A stretch of 61,571 nt of DNA, the filler included, from Choristocarpus tenellus KU-1152 (Eukaryota > Protista > Phaeophyceae): the NCBI GenBank assembly GCA_964200185.2. It is 12 parts of 12 records of this genome, joined end to end, with 100 filler letters (N's around TTAATTAATTAA, not from the genome) between each part and the next. Parts side by side here need not be neighbours in the genome. Positions count along the whole stretch, not along the records: positions 45,535 to 49,391 come from CAXNAD020017535.1; positions 49,492 to 54,753 come from CAXNAD020011326.1; positions 54,854 to 61,571 come from CAXNAD020007492.1; 9 more parts are not named here. The stretch is one strand, 5' to 3'. Shown in pieces: positions 48,820 through 61,547 of this stretch. Position numbers and translations under genes: made by a program. The stretch's first letter is position 1. Each line of letters opens with the position of its first letter. The notes under the pieces are model-generated. The model was not told where the DNA came from and searched no databases. It saw nothing but the letters and a program-made list of their open reading frames with translations.

Positions 48820-49594
48820 CTGGAAGGGGGGTACGGGTATGGCAGGAAGAATCTCTTAGAGCAGTGGCAACATTACAGGGGGCACACCCCTCAGTGTTGA
48901 AGTGTTGAATTCAAGAGAGAGCTTATTCGTACAAGGGGCTTGTCACAATATGCACGCCTCACAGCCAAATACTCTTCTCTCCATTACAGGGTGCCTGATA
49001 GAGGTCAATGGGTTTGCATCAGGGCAATATTTGAACAGCTGCGCTCCCATACCCCTACCTGCCGTCCAGAATGGAATGGATCAGTGCGCTTGTGTTCTCA
49101 CTGAGAGTAGGGAAGGATGTACACCGAATACTCCTATGGTCATCTGTACTGAACTACTCACGCCTCTCAAATTATAGTCCTTGGTCGAGGTCCGTATGTC
49201 CATCTCTCTCTCCAGTGTGAGCATACAATTGGATAATCGCACGCTTGGCAAGGTACATATCAACCAAATAGTCACACATCCCTTCACAGGTCAGAGAAAA
49301 CTGAGATTGGACCTCGGGGGGGGGGGGGGGAAACCAAGGGGGAAAACCACCTCTGTAAAATGGTCAACATGTATGGTTACCCCGGAGGGGGNNNNNNNNN
49401 NNNNNNNNNNNNNNNNNNNNNNNNNNNNNNNNNNNTTAATTAATTAANNNNNNNNNNNNNNNNNNNNNNNNNNNNNNNNNNNNNNNNNNNNAAGTAGAGT
49501 ATTTTGCTTTGTGTGGTATGGATGTATTTATTAGCGGAGAGAGCACAGCCCTCGGTGGTGGGAGGTGCTCTCTCTTATTTCTTATTGTTATTGC

Positions 49595-49647
49595 ATGTGT
49601 CAGCTGACGTGACACAGACACAGACACAGACACATCAGCTGACACAT
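49595..49647. repeat. Perfect 13-bp inverted repeat around an (ACACAG)n tract
   Basis: atgtgtcagctga ... tcagctgacacat. Confidence 0.8.
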
Positions 49648-50933
49648 CAAAACTTATCCTGCCGTTACGTCGTACTATGTCACTTATCCTGTGTAGCTAG
49701 TACTATGCCAGAACTCCTCCATCAGTCCATTTATATCAAGTAATAAGAAATCAATCATCTGAGATTCAAACCCATTACTCTAAGCACATGAAAATAATTC
49801 AATGACACTTTTCCACTTAGTCAACAAGTAGTGGTCACTAAACACCTATAGACCATATAGACTATCAGCCTATATTGCACTTGTCTTGCCTACAGTTGCA
49901 GATCAATATATGCTCAAGCTGGGTCAATGATATGTGGCTCAAGCCATAGGTATGTATTTTAATTTGTTACAAATATTATCAAAATATCTGGAATTGGGGA
50001 TTAAAACCATACCCAACACTTATGTGGGTATGGTGGATTGCTAACCAAAACCAACTGAGCAAGTGGTATCTCATGTGTGGTTGTGTGTGTGTGCTAGGAT
50101 TCCTTTAAGAGGACCAGTGGTGACACCTACCAAAAAAATTGAACCAGCAGAGAAGACTTTCAATTGGTTCTTGTGAAAAATCAACCTGAAGCTGACTCAA
50201 ATAAAGACTCTGGCTGATGTCAGTTATTGTTATCACTGAACTTGAGCAGCTCTCATGTGATAGGCAACATCAATTCAAATGGTGAGAGCCCTGCCTACTT
50301 GCACAACTTGCAGGTGCTTCAGCACAATCCCTACACAAATACTTCTGAGGGCCTGAGGCAGCCCCCGACTATTGGTACTGTGAATCATACAATGAACACT
50401 TGCTGGATATTTGCCCCACACATCAAAAATGTGTACGTGTACTTCAAACTATGAACAGTAGACATGGCTGGCGGGGTGTTTGCTGTGTCTACTTCTTGAA
50501 CCAGCCCAAAACTCCAAAGACAGGGAGGACACTGATACAGCACTTGTTGCATACTTCGTACTTGAGATCATAGCGTTAGGTTTCAGGCTCCCCACGATGA
50601 CAAAAACGGACAGAGCACTCAAAAAAGAAGCTACAGACATAACAAAATCTCCTGTGTACACAAGTTTCACGCACCAAAGCGGAGGGTGGAACAATCGGGG
50701 AACTCTGTATGGGATTATTAAAATCCAGGTAACTTTGAGTCCTCTCAAGGGCCAGTCCCATTCCAACAAGGTGGAAAGAGGGGTGTCTCAAACAATGTAA
50801 CAGGGTGCATGTTGCCTGAGGGGAGACCAGAAGGGAAGGGAGGCGGGGAGAGGGGGGGGGGCTGGGAGCTATTCTTCCAGCACTTCCTCCATCCTCTCTA
50901 TTCTGTATCATCTGAGTTCATGCTTGGCTCTAC

Positions 50934-53454
50934 TCATGACATGGAAGATTTCGAACTTGTCACAAGCTTCTCGATGGCTTCCCTGGAGAGAGGGAGAGGT
51001 ACCCACACCTCATTGCGCTTGAGGAAAGGCACAGTCCAGGGTGGGTTGTATCTGCACAGGTGAGGCATATACCAGGAGTCCAGGAATGAGATGAAATATT
51101 GAGTACGAGGAGGGTGTGTGTGTGACTGATGACTTTCATAATACTAGATAGATTTAAAGAATTGTCACATTCCTGGTGGAAGGTTGGCTACAGTAACTCT
51201 TGCTTCTAGTGCCTCCCCAAAAATGAATAAACTTGCCCCTGTTGGATCGTTTATTCCCATGTCATGCAGGTGTGTTGTCAAACCAATAGCTTTGATTCCG
51301 AGATTACAGATTAGCGGCAAAGAGGTGACACATGATAGTCCTCCATATGATAGTACCAAGGGCGCTTGGGTGCTTGGTCTCTCAAGTCTGAATTCTTGGT
51401 CGTTGCAACTCACTGCTAGTCAACGATATCAGCCCTCAACCCCCCACACATAGTACACAAAACAGGGAACTTAAAACAGGACTCTCACCACATCAGAGCC
51501 TCTACCGATGTATGTATAGAGGAGACAAGACAAGCATAAAATACCAGGAAAATGTTCTACTCCCAGCACAATTATTGATTGCTGAAACACAAGGCCACTG
51601 TCTACGGGTGTACTCCCAGCACATCAATGACTCTCGACATGGAAACGCACCATACACGTCATGCAAACTTCGGGAATGCATCCTTGATATCTCACTCACC
51701 CAGCAGCCAGCCACTTCTTGTCTGGTCCAACCCAATCTGAGAATATTCCATCCTTTCGAACAGCAACCTCTAGCGCAGCAAGTTCCGCCTCCTGGCGAGC
51801 AGGAGGCATGTTTCCAGAGAACTTGCGAGCAATGACACTGTGCTCAGGCACCTCCTTCAGGGTCACACGTGGGTCTGTAGGCATTGGCAGGTCACTGTGA
51901 GACATGGAGTAAGGTCGAGAGGAAGAGGTTAGTGTTTGAGAGCCTGCAACGTGCAAAAACGGTTTTCAATTTGGTCCAAAAAAATCATCTACCTCACCCC
52001 ATGTTACTAGGTCTACATTTCATACAACCTTGAGCACTTATTGAACAAGTGGCTATATTCATCGACGAGCACACACACACACACACATGTACCGTTCTAC
52101 TATATGTACCAACCCAATGAAAACACTTGAAACACGGTATGTAGACGTACGCAATTGTCGTGTATTCTGAAGGCATGATAAACTGCATGGTTCCCATAGC
52201 TGTCCTCTCGCCTTCCGCCAGGCCTCCAGACCCCTCAGTCACCACTGGAGCTGTCATGCTTAGTTGTTGGGGTCCATCTGTATTTGGCAGGATTGCAAGT
52301 GAAGTGAACGAGGGAGGAGGGCAGACACAGCGGTGAGAGAAGGAGGAGATGTCTTGGGCGCTAATAGGTTAAGTCAACCTGATGACAAGGGATATGAAAG
52401 AGTTACCAAAATGAATCACTATACCCACCATAACTACATCGTAGATAGAGGAACTAAAGATGGGTTGGGATTTATTCCAAATATCAAACACAGGCATAGA
52501 GCAAGCTTATGAAGCTGTTGGTTTGGGGGGCGTGGGCAACAAACATCAGGGTGGGAGGGAAGCGAAGGATAGATAGGAAGGGGTTTTGCATCGGAGGAGT
52601 ATGACAATCAACCCATCCAGGAATAATCAAGTCCTATACTATTGCTGCAGGTGGGTACATGGAGCTATGACTTAAGCCGCGCTGATGACCTGAGCTTGTT
52701 GGGGGGGGTTCCATAACGACCGGCGCGGTCATCGAGATGGGCTTTGCTTCCGCAGGCTCCATCACCACAGGGGCCGTCATTGATATGGTCTGTGACTCGC
52801 CATCCGCCCCAGCCCTGATTTTGTTGGCAGGAGAACCAAACACTCCAATGTACTGTGATTCGAGGACGGGAGAAATCATAGTAGTTGAAAGCTACGACTT
52901 GCACTTTAAGCGTGAAGTCCGTAACGAGGGATAAGACAGGTGTGGACTACAGATAGAGATGCCTTCTTGCTGAATGCGAGAAAAAGACGGGGGTGCCCAC
53001 CTATACTATCATCGTTGCCTACGCCCGTTCATGGTATGGGGTGAAGGACGTGAAGGGTGAACAGGGAAGCGGTTGTAGGGAAGCAGAGCCACAAGAATCT
53101 CGAAGATCTATTATAATCTGGACTTCACCAGCACCAGCATCAGCAGGCCCCATGGTACGGTCAGATCCCACCAACACGTAGGTCGATACTAGGTGTGTGA
53201 CATTAAGTCCATCCCCAATTATTATTAATTTATAGAGGTAATCCCTGGAGCCTCCAACTCACCTTGGCCAACAGGATGAAGGAGTCATCCCTATCCTTTC
53301 CTGTTGCGCTCGCATCAGCTTTGCGTGCCACCTCGGCCACGACGTACTTGAGGTAGTTTCGTACCTCGTAACCTTCACTTGCAAAAATCACGTCGTACTT
53401 TGGAGACAGGCCATTTTCCACAGAGATGCCTGTGCGTCCGAACACGAGCCCCAT
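50934..53454 (-). CDS. SOUL/heme-binding protein family, complete 5-exon gene
   Basis: Exons 53454-53263, 52852-52690, 52277-52151, 51894-51700 and 51051-50934 splice in frame. Product reads MGLVFG...PKYDV...YEVRNY...FILLAKYIGVFG...ISMTAPV...MQFIMPSEY...LPMPTDPRVTLKEVP...ARKFSG...GYNPPWTVPFLKRNEVWV. Confidence 0.93.
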
Positions 53455-53939
53455 ACTATCCACTGGAATGGAACCTGCTTGAACTCAATTGCTCCTGTTT
53501 TATCAGTGTATCAACGCCAGACCTCCCAACCAGAGGAAGACGAGCACCCCGCACGTATGCTCCGTTTCTCCTTCCTGCGGATCAAGTACCCACTTGTTCT
53601 GAGCCAGACTGGTACAGCCCACCGTTGTTTGTGGGGTAGCAACCCGCCCGTTCTTCTCTTACGTGACTGACTCTACAATTGAAGTATATTTCATCATTTT
53701 CAAACCACACTCACTTAAAGTACAACTCATCAATCCTTTCGCCCTAACCCTGAATTAATCCCTATCCTTTAACGTGACTCGTGGCGTACTGAGAGAAGAG
53801 ATACTGGCAGTTTGAACATCCAGCATCATCTTGGAAACGGACGGAGAGTACTTACAGGTAGTGTGAGGTCTCGAGGCGCGTTGAAATCCTGATATTATCC
53901 ACATATTGCCCTGATTGGCCATAGTGCGAGGGCTTTACT

Positions 53940-54623
53940 ATGGTTAGGACAAGAGAAAACCAAGCAGAGGTAGAAGGGACAGTGAGGTCGTCCAGACCGC
54001 TCCGGCGGCCAAGAAGACCTCTACTCTTTGTGGTGGCATTATTGAGTTCAGCTATGGCTGGGACTGTGCGGGGAGAGGAGTATGACTACGGATATGGGCA
54101 ACAGCCGATGCCGCAAATGCCGCCACAGTGAGTGAAATATGCGTATACGGCGGTACGTGGACGGTCCCTATGTGTCCAATTGGCCACGGGCACACTTCCC
54201 GATGTTGTTGGCTTGATTGCGCCCCATTTTGTCATACAAACACGCAATTCATTCCTCTGCTTCTAAAGGGAAAGTTCACGCTCTTTTGCGTTTGCTAGTT
54301 GATGTGGCAAGGAGGGCTCGAAGCCGTTCACAACTAGTTCATATTTCATGCACAAGTTAAGCTAGAATGACGTGAAAATACTTTCGCCATGGCCCGTTTG
54401 CCACGTCGAGTAGTCACCCACGAAGCTATTCTTCAGATAAGGCAATCGTCTAGCAATTTCTTGACTGTGGTTTGTGTGTTTGGCCCTTCTATCTGTCATT
54501 TGCTACAGAGATGGAGGGGGGGGCGTAGTGCCGATGCTGGCATCATGTGTAGGAGGGCTATTAGGGAGCAAGTTTCTCTTCAGCTGGCGGAGGAAGAAGA
54601 ACAAGAGCAAGGCACTAGTAGGG
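53940..54623 (+). CDS. First two exons of an unknown membrane or secretory-pathway protein
   Basis: Exon 53940-54127|gtgagt (hydrophobic LLFVVALLSSAMAG) splices in frame to ctacag|54509-54623|gtgaga (VVPMLASCVGGLLGSKFLFSWRRKKNKSK). Confidence 0.6.
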
Positions 54624-54899
54624 GTGAGAGAATAAGCGTTTGCAAGTACATAGCAACCCCCCCCCCCCCCCCCCCCCCCCCCTCTCCCACTCAAAACCAA
54701 ACCCCCCCCCCCCCCTTTCCCTTCCTTTTTTCCCCTCCTCCCGCTCCTCTTCCNNNNNNNNNNNNNNNNNNNNNNNNNNNNNNNNNNNNNNNNNNNNTTA
54801 ATTAATTAANNNNNNNNNNNNNNNNNNNNNNNNNNNNNNNNNNNNNNNNNNNNAAAAAAAAAAAAGAGAGTTTGACCCAAAACAACCCCCCCCCCCAAA

Positions 54900-54934
54900 C
54901 CCCCCCCCCCCCCCCCCCCCAGATACTTGGACCC
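54900..54934. mobile_element. MITE family 2-type terminal fragment
   Basis: polyC-agatacttggaccc. Confidence 0.7.
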
Positions 54935-55157
54935 ATCATCATTAATCACATAGTCCATCACTGTTCGTACAAATACACCCTTCCTGTGCTGGGCTAACAA
55001 TAGCATCCACCCCACGTCTATATCCTTCTCCTTTGCTGATACCATTGTCCTAACATTTCCCCTCTACCTTCACCGACAGCCGGCCAGAGGCCCAAAAAAT
55101 AATGAACATCAAAATACCGCAGACCTGGTCACCTCCAACCTCAGTGCGACATGTACG

Positions 55158-56141
55158 ATGGACCTCGCCACATCTGACTTCTTGACACAGAGGTATAATG
55201 CCAACCTTCTTAACAACGGTAGAGTGGAGTCCATTTTGTCGAAGCTGGGATCGGACCCACAGGTCACCGCTGACAGGCTCACGGGGATGCTGAGTGGGCA
55301 ACCGTTTTCACTGTGCTCGAGATGGAAAACCATAAGCAACTTCGAAGCCGACATGCGCAGGGTAAACGTGCCCTCTACTGTGCCAGATGGGGAGCTACTT
55401 GAAAACTACATTGCCAATGGCAACCTGGACACAGACCATAATGGTGACGATAGGGATATAGACGACGACAACCTCCTGTTTTGCCTTAATAGATAACACA
55501 GCATAATGGTGTTCAGGACGATCGAGGGCGTCGCCAAGAAGGAGAACATCCCATGTGGCATCGACCCCCCGGCCCATGTGAAAACGCGATGGGCTTCGGA
55601 AGTAGGGGTAAACCTCCAAAGAGGACACCGCAGGACCTTCATGTGGATAATATATCCATATTGGAGCCGGGAAAAGGCTGAATCAATCTCCATAGGAGAG
55701 AGCATTGCAGCCAGTAGATCGCTCGTGCCAAACATCCTAGACATATTCCATTGGATGGTGTCTTGGGTTGCCGCTATCCTGGAGTATAGGCGTGACTTCA
55801 GTTGCGACAGGTCCCACCCCTACGTCCGGGAAGTGGAAGAGGACTCTGATCGTCACACGTGCATGGCGACATTGGTCACCAAGTGCAACCAGTACTGTCT
55901 AGGTGACATAGACTTCCGGAGTACCGACGCCGCGTTACAGACGGCTATTCAGAGGAGGGTAGCTGCCAAGATAAAGGCATTCCTCAAAGAAGCTTTGGAG
56001 GACACACACATGGAAACCGGGATGAGTAGACTCACCGACCAAATCTCCGTTCAGTTCTTCAAAGCGATCGCCACCCTTGTGTACATATGCGCGGGAGAAG
56101 CTGAGGTTCTCATGGCTCCTTCCACAGGAAACGATTCGTGA
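55158..56141 (+). pseudogene. Unknown ~328-codon reading frame with one internal stop
   Basis: ORFs 55158-55496 and 55506-56141 are in the same frame and separated by a single TAA. Confidence 0.5.
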
Positions 56142-58784
56142 AACGATTGTGAAGCATCGCCTACTTTTCGTCGCCTATATCCATATTAATTCCGTTTCGA
56201 CGATCCAACCCGATCCCTTTCTTCCCCTCATTATGTTCCACCAGAGACAAAAGAACTGGAGGAGATCCTTCTCTGTGTGTGGAGAGAGCACGAGAAGCGC
56301 GACAGGTCAACTGTAAGCGCGGTGTAGCCATCCACATATATGTAAATCCAATACCCCATCACTAACGGCCCAACAACACCGTAGTGACCCCTGCCTTCGC
56401 ATATTGAGCTTGAATTGACGTCTGATACATGTGTATCGCTATGGACCTTATAACATACGTCAACAACCAATAGACCCACTCCCACTCCCACATTCTTCTG
56501 TCCTGACCATGTCACCTTATTCTCCACACACCCAACGTGCACCTCCTGACTAGGACAAACTCGACTTTAGATCGGTTCACGTGTTCACTGTGCTGTGGTA
56601 CGCAAACCCGGACGCCGCCATCGAATCCCTCAAGAACTGCGGGGGTTCACATACTCCTACAGGTTGAGGGTGGCTTAAACATTCCCAACTATGTTGTCCC
56701 CACACGAGGCCACAATTGACATAGGGCAGACAGTAATGAAGGAATTTGATGTGTTCTGTCGAGCGGTAAAGGCCATCAGTTTCCAAAGAAACCTAAGCCC
56801 GTAGGGTTCTGATACGCTACGCGCATCCCCTGGTAACCCTTCTCTGATCGATGCACTGTTAGCCCTAAATCACCCGCATCCTAAAAGCTCGTTCTTTACC
56901 AGTCTCCTAACGACACACCATCGATCACTTGATGCACATGTAGCTCACAAACGAGGTCTAGGAGCAGTATTTCGCAAGAATGTGCACTGATGCCCTCGCT
57001 GGGGCCGGACTAGCCATCCTCAGAGGGAAGACACCCCAAGACCATCGCTGGCATAACACTGTCCAGGTGACTGCACACGTCTTCTCAGAGGAGGCAGCCA
57101 AAAAATTGCATAGTGACGCGCTCTCGTTGACGTTTGTTGTTGGGACGGAGGCATTTCCCGAGGAATGGGTAAATCAATCTTTGACCATGACGATTCAAGT
57201 AACTCATGGGTGTATATGCATTTACCCCCCTGCTGACCCTGCAACAGCCGCAATGCTTACTGTCTAAGTTCGTGCCTCGCGAGACAGACACCCATGTCAT
57301 GCATATGACTTACCGTTCCACTACCCATGTACTTCTCCATGACAGTTCTCTCACACTCTAAGGGGCATCCGAAACAAACGGCCCCCGGCCGACCAGGACA
57401 AGGGAAAGATTAAGACAAGAGGAAAGGAGAAGAAGAGTGCACCAGGCGTCGGCGATCCAGACCCGGTGTCTGCCGCCCAGGCGGAGGAGGAGTGGGCGTC
57501 TCAACCCTCGAAAGTCAAATTGGCATACATAAGACGTATGCACACCAAGCATTTTCTCATCAAGGGGGCTCTCCTGGAGGTCGCCATACAAGTTATGAAC
57601 CACCTAAAAAGGAAAGACGAGCTCGGGATAGACCCCTACGCCGATGGCTCCTCAGCAGGGTCATGAGCAGAGGGTCCTCCTGCCAAAAAATACATCCTCA
57701 CCGACGAGGTACTCGACTGAGTTTGAGGTTGATCATCTCATCTCTCCACCGTATTTCAGTTCGTATATAAAGCCACCTCACAACAAACGCCCTGATAGCG
57801 AACATTAATGCAACCCCCTTACATCTACAGGTGAAAAGGGACCTCGTGTTGAGTGAGGATGTGGAGGAGGGTACAAAATACCTGGACATCGTCAAATATT
57901 CTGAAGGCGTTACCCTGAACAGCAGTAACAAACGCACAGGCAAGCAATTAAATCATTGTACAACATCGCCATAGGTTAACATCCAAACATGGTTCCCTAC
58001 ACCAAACACACAACCTAGTCTCTCACAGATCTTACCGATGTTTGACAGCTTCACAATGAACATTGTCACAGGGTTCTACGGTTTTATATGTTGTGAAGTT
58101 GCTCGTCGAACAGATTGATTCATACTTTCGCTGTATTCTACCGATCGACAGAAATCAGGAAAAGAAGGGAAATTATGTCGCAGTTACATTCTAGTCCTAT
58201 ACGCATCCTCTTCATCCTATGTTACTAGCCCTGTTTGTCTTCCTGTTTTATGGGCTCGAATAATCCACCCAAGTTAAACGAATCGCAAGTACTCCAATCC
58301 ATCCATCCTTTCCTCAGCCCCTGCCTCCTCATCCATATCCTACCTCCCTTACTCCTTCTCACCAACCCCTATCTCATCCCTTGCCTCCTAACGCTAACAC
58401 CTCCTCCCATTGTTTTGAGCCATACTTCGCCACGTCCTTTGCCTACTCCCCCACCATCACAGAGATAACTAGAGTCACAACCATTATGATCACCCCAGAC
58501 AAGAGCGACACATCTGAGAACGACCTCGAGAAGTTCAGGTTCGAAACGAGCGCTGCTCACAAGAGAGAAGTAGCCCTTCTCCAGACCCGACCAGGAGGCG
58601 TGGTAATCACATGCACCGCCCTCGGAGACAACCTAGATCCGGATCGTATCAAACTCCTCATGGACCAACTCTCCACCTTCCGCAATTTTGCACTGGTGAA
58701 GACTGCGGTAGTTGGTGGCGTATCCACGCCTATACCTTGTGGAAGACCCAGCCCATCAGGTGATGAGGAGGAAAAAGATAACCC

Positions 58785-59043
58785 GAGTCAAAGTATCTTA
58801 GAGGGTAGGGCCGCGTCCATTTGGAGACCAAAATCCAATGTTGCGATTTCCATGTAATTTAATCCGTCGTATTTGTTAAGAAGTGTCGGTATCCTTGTTC
58901 CGGACACACGATTTCATAACATATACATATTACCTACTCCGAAACATTTTGGAGTAGGCAAAATATCATAAAAACCCCATGGGAAGCCAAGCCCCAAATG
59001 GACAAACAGGGCAAAACTCGTACCCTCTAAGATAATTTCACTC
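58785..59043. mobile_element. MITE family 1, full copy
   Basis: gagtcaaagtatcttagagggta ... taccctctaagataatttcactc. TSD ACCC. Confidence 0.93.
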
Positions 59044-59123
59044 ACCCATCGCCTAGCCCTGCAGTAGGTACGGGAAGCAGGACTCTACCAAGGGGGAGGC
59101 ATACAATCATACCCTCCGTACAT

Positions 59124-59771
59124 GACTCTGAAGGCAATGGGGACCGACCCGTTTCCAATGCTTTGTCAGATACAGAGGAACTTGTAGAGGAGGACGTGGA
59201 TGGGTGCTCAGGCACGGACTCAGAGTCCACACCTTGGGGGAGTGTTTGGGGAATGTCCCCAAACGCCCATTCGGTGGGGAGCGGCGGCAACAAGTCCTAA
59301 GTGCCAGGGAACCTGTACGACCATACTGTGAGGCGAAGTGAGAACCGCGCCCATGGCCATCCCACCCCAAACCCGAGGGACAAGCCTTCCGAGAAGGGCA
59401 AAGGAAAGGGGGAAAGGATTCTACTTAGGAAGAAGAGGGTGAGAGAAGATTCCAAAGACGATGGGGACCGACCCGTTCCCAACACTTTGTCAGGTACAGA
59501 GCAACTTGTAGAGGAGGACGCAGGTGGGCGTTCAGGCATGGACTCAGAGTCCACGCGTTGGGGGAGTGTTTGGGGAATGTCCCCAAACGCCCATTTGGTG
59601 GGCAGCGGTGGCGATGAGTCCCAAGTGCCAGGGAACCTGTACAACCATACTGTGAGACGAAGCGAGAACCGTGCCCATGCCCATCCCACCCCAACCCCGA
59701 GGGACAAGCCTTCCGAGAAGGGCAAAGGAAAGGGGAAAAGGATTCTACTTAGGAAGAAGAGGATAAGAGAA
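59124..59771 (+). repeat. 324-bp (108-codon) in-frame tandem duplication
   Basis: atggggaccgacccgtt at 59137 and 59461. gtgccagggaacctgtac at 59301 and 59625. Confidence 0.92.
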
Positions 59772-60327
59772 GGTGCTGGACGGATGAGACCCTTCGATCA
59801 GCCTCGTGGTCCTGATGTGAGCGATTTAGAACCTGGCTTCTTCACGGACATCTTCGCTCCCGCCAAAATGTGCAGATACGCAATAAAGGCGTCTTTATCT
59901 ACATCGAGGTACGACAATGACAACGAAAGGTCATCTCATGGTGATGAGGATTGCGTCACACAGGACACGGCCAACTCCAGCGATGCATCCGATGTGGGGA
60001 TCACCGAAGCCTTCATGGAGGCGTGCGTTAACGAGCTCATACGATCGGCAACAAAACCTGCTTCTGCACAATATTGAGTGCAGACTCAAATCCTAACCCA
60101 AGCCATACACGACCATGGGTTCAAGATCAGCAAGGCCAGTAAAGGGGCCGATTCTCTTGTTTTCGGGGATGAATACTATGCCCACGAGCGCACACGGGTT
60201 AAACTCGGCCATCGTGGAGGGAAACCAGGCAACACGTTGCGTCCCGAGCATGTGGAAGCACCCCAGGCGAGGAAGGCTATCTTCTTGAGCCTCGTGAGGT
60301 CCGAACCTTGGAACAGCAGGTACTCTA

Positions 60328-60585
60328 GAGTCAAAGCATCTTAGAGGGTAGGGCACTGTCCATTTGGGGGTCAAAATTCAATGTTGTGACTTTGATGTAA
60401 TTTTACCTATCGTGTTCGTTAGGAAGTGTCGATATCCTTGTTCCAGACACACCTTTTCATGATGTATACATTGTACCTACTCTAAAAAGTTTGGAGTAGG
60501 GAAATGTCATAAAAAAAAACATGAGGAGCCAAGCACCAAAGGGACAAACAGGGCAAAACTCGTACCCTCTAAGATACTTTCACTC
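60328..60585. mobile_element. MITE family 1, full copy
   Basis: gagtcaaagcatcttagagggta ... taccctctaagatactttcactc. 3-bp TSD CTA. Confidence 0.92.
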
Positions 60586-61547
60586 CTACACGCCTAAACC
60601 TATGGCACCTTCTTGTCGAGGCATACCCTAAGCTCATGGAGTGGTATGAGAAGGGTAACGAATGCAATTTCGAGTCCGCCCACCAATTGGAATAGGGATT
60701 CAGTCATTACAGTTTTTTGTTCTAGTATGCATAGAGTTGCAGGTACACTGATTTGTGCATCAATGTACCTTTCCTTGGTGTCCGAATACCATGTTTATGC
60801 ACTTCCCATTCAATGAGTTACACATTTAGACAGTGGTATCGGATACATTGCTACCAGTCAGAGTCGTCAGCGTATCATATATCATCCTCACATTGAGGAT
60901 TAGACCTGTGTTATTATTACTTTAGAATATCGTGTCTGCTACAAGGTTTAGACATCTAAAATGTAATACATCACTCAATCAACTATTCTCCATCTTCTCA
61001 GATAAACTTTCCAAACAATTCGCCAGGGCCTGCGACGGATACCCTGTCCTTCTCAAAGCCGCTACTTATTCCTTCAGCACTATAACTCACCTCCCCCCTT
61101 CTTCTCAATACCCTATGCACCATCTCATGCTTTGTCCAAGTGTCGACAAACTAGAACTGCCCTCGTACTCCTTCGAATCTTGCTGGATCATATGCCGAAG
61201 TCCACTCACGATGTTCCTAAGCACAGCACCAACCCAGGACCTCTGCTGGAAGTGCACCTTGAACTACTTTCAGAGAAACGTACGACAACAGACCTTGACC
61301 AATAACCACTCGTATACACCTCCAGATTCCGTCCACACCTTACATGAGAGATATAATGCACTAACCCGAAAACAAAACCTGACCTTTTTCCCTTCCTTCG
61401 TACCAACAATTTCAACCCTAACACCCTCAGCAACAACCATATCTTATTACATACAAAATCCAACACATGCACGCCAATAAACGAAGCATTACATTTAAAC
61501 TGTACATGATATTGTATGTTTTGGTTCCCCGTGCACACACCAGGAGA

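Larger units (their letters stand above)
58381..60695 (+). pseudogene. Unknown ~597-codon ORF disrupted by two MITEs and two point stops
   Basis: Removing 58785-59043 (plus 4-bp TSD) and 60328-60585 (plus 3-bp TSD) leaves 1791 nt in one frame. Internal stops occur only at 59298 (TAA; CAA in the duplicate unit) and 60075 (TGA). Confidence 0.65.

Noticed and set aside
50480-50800. Possible plus-strand exon converging on SOUL
   Set aside because: No motif and no consistent upstream or downstream exon was found.
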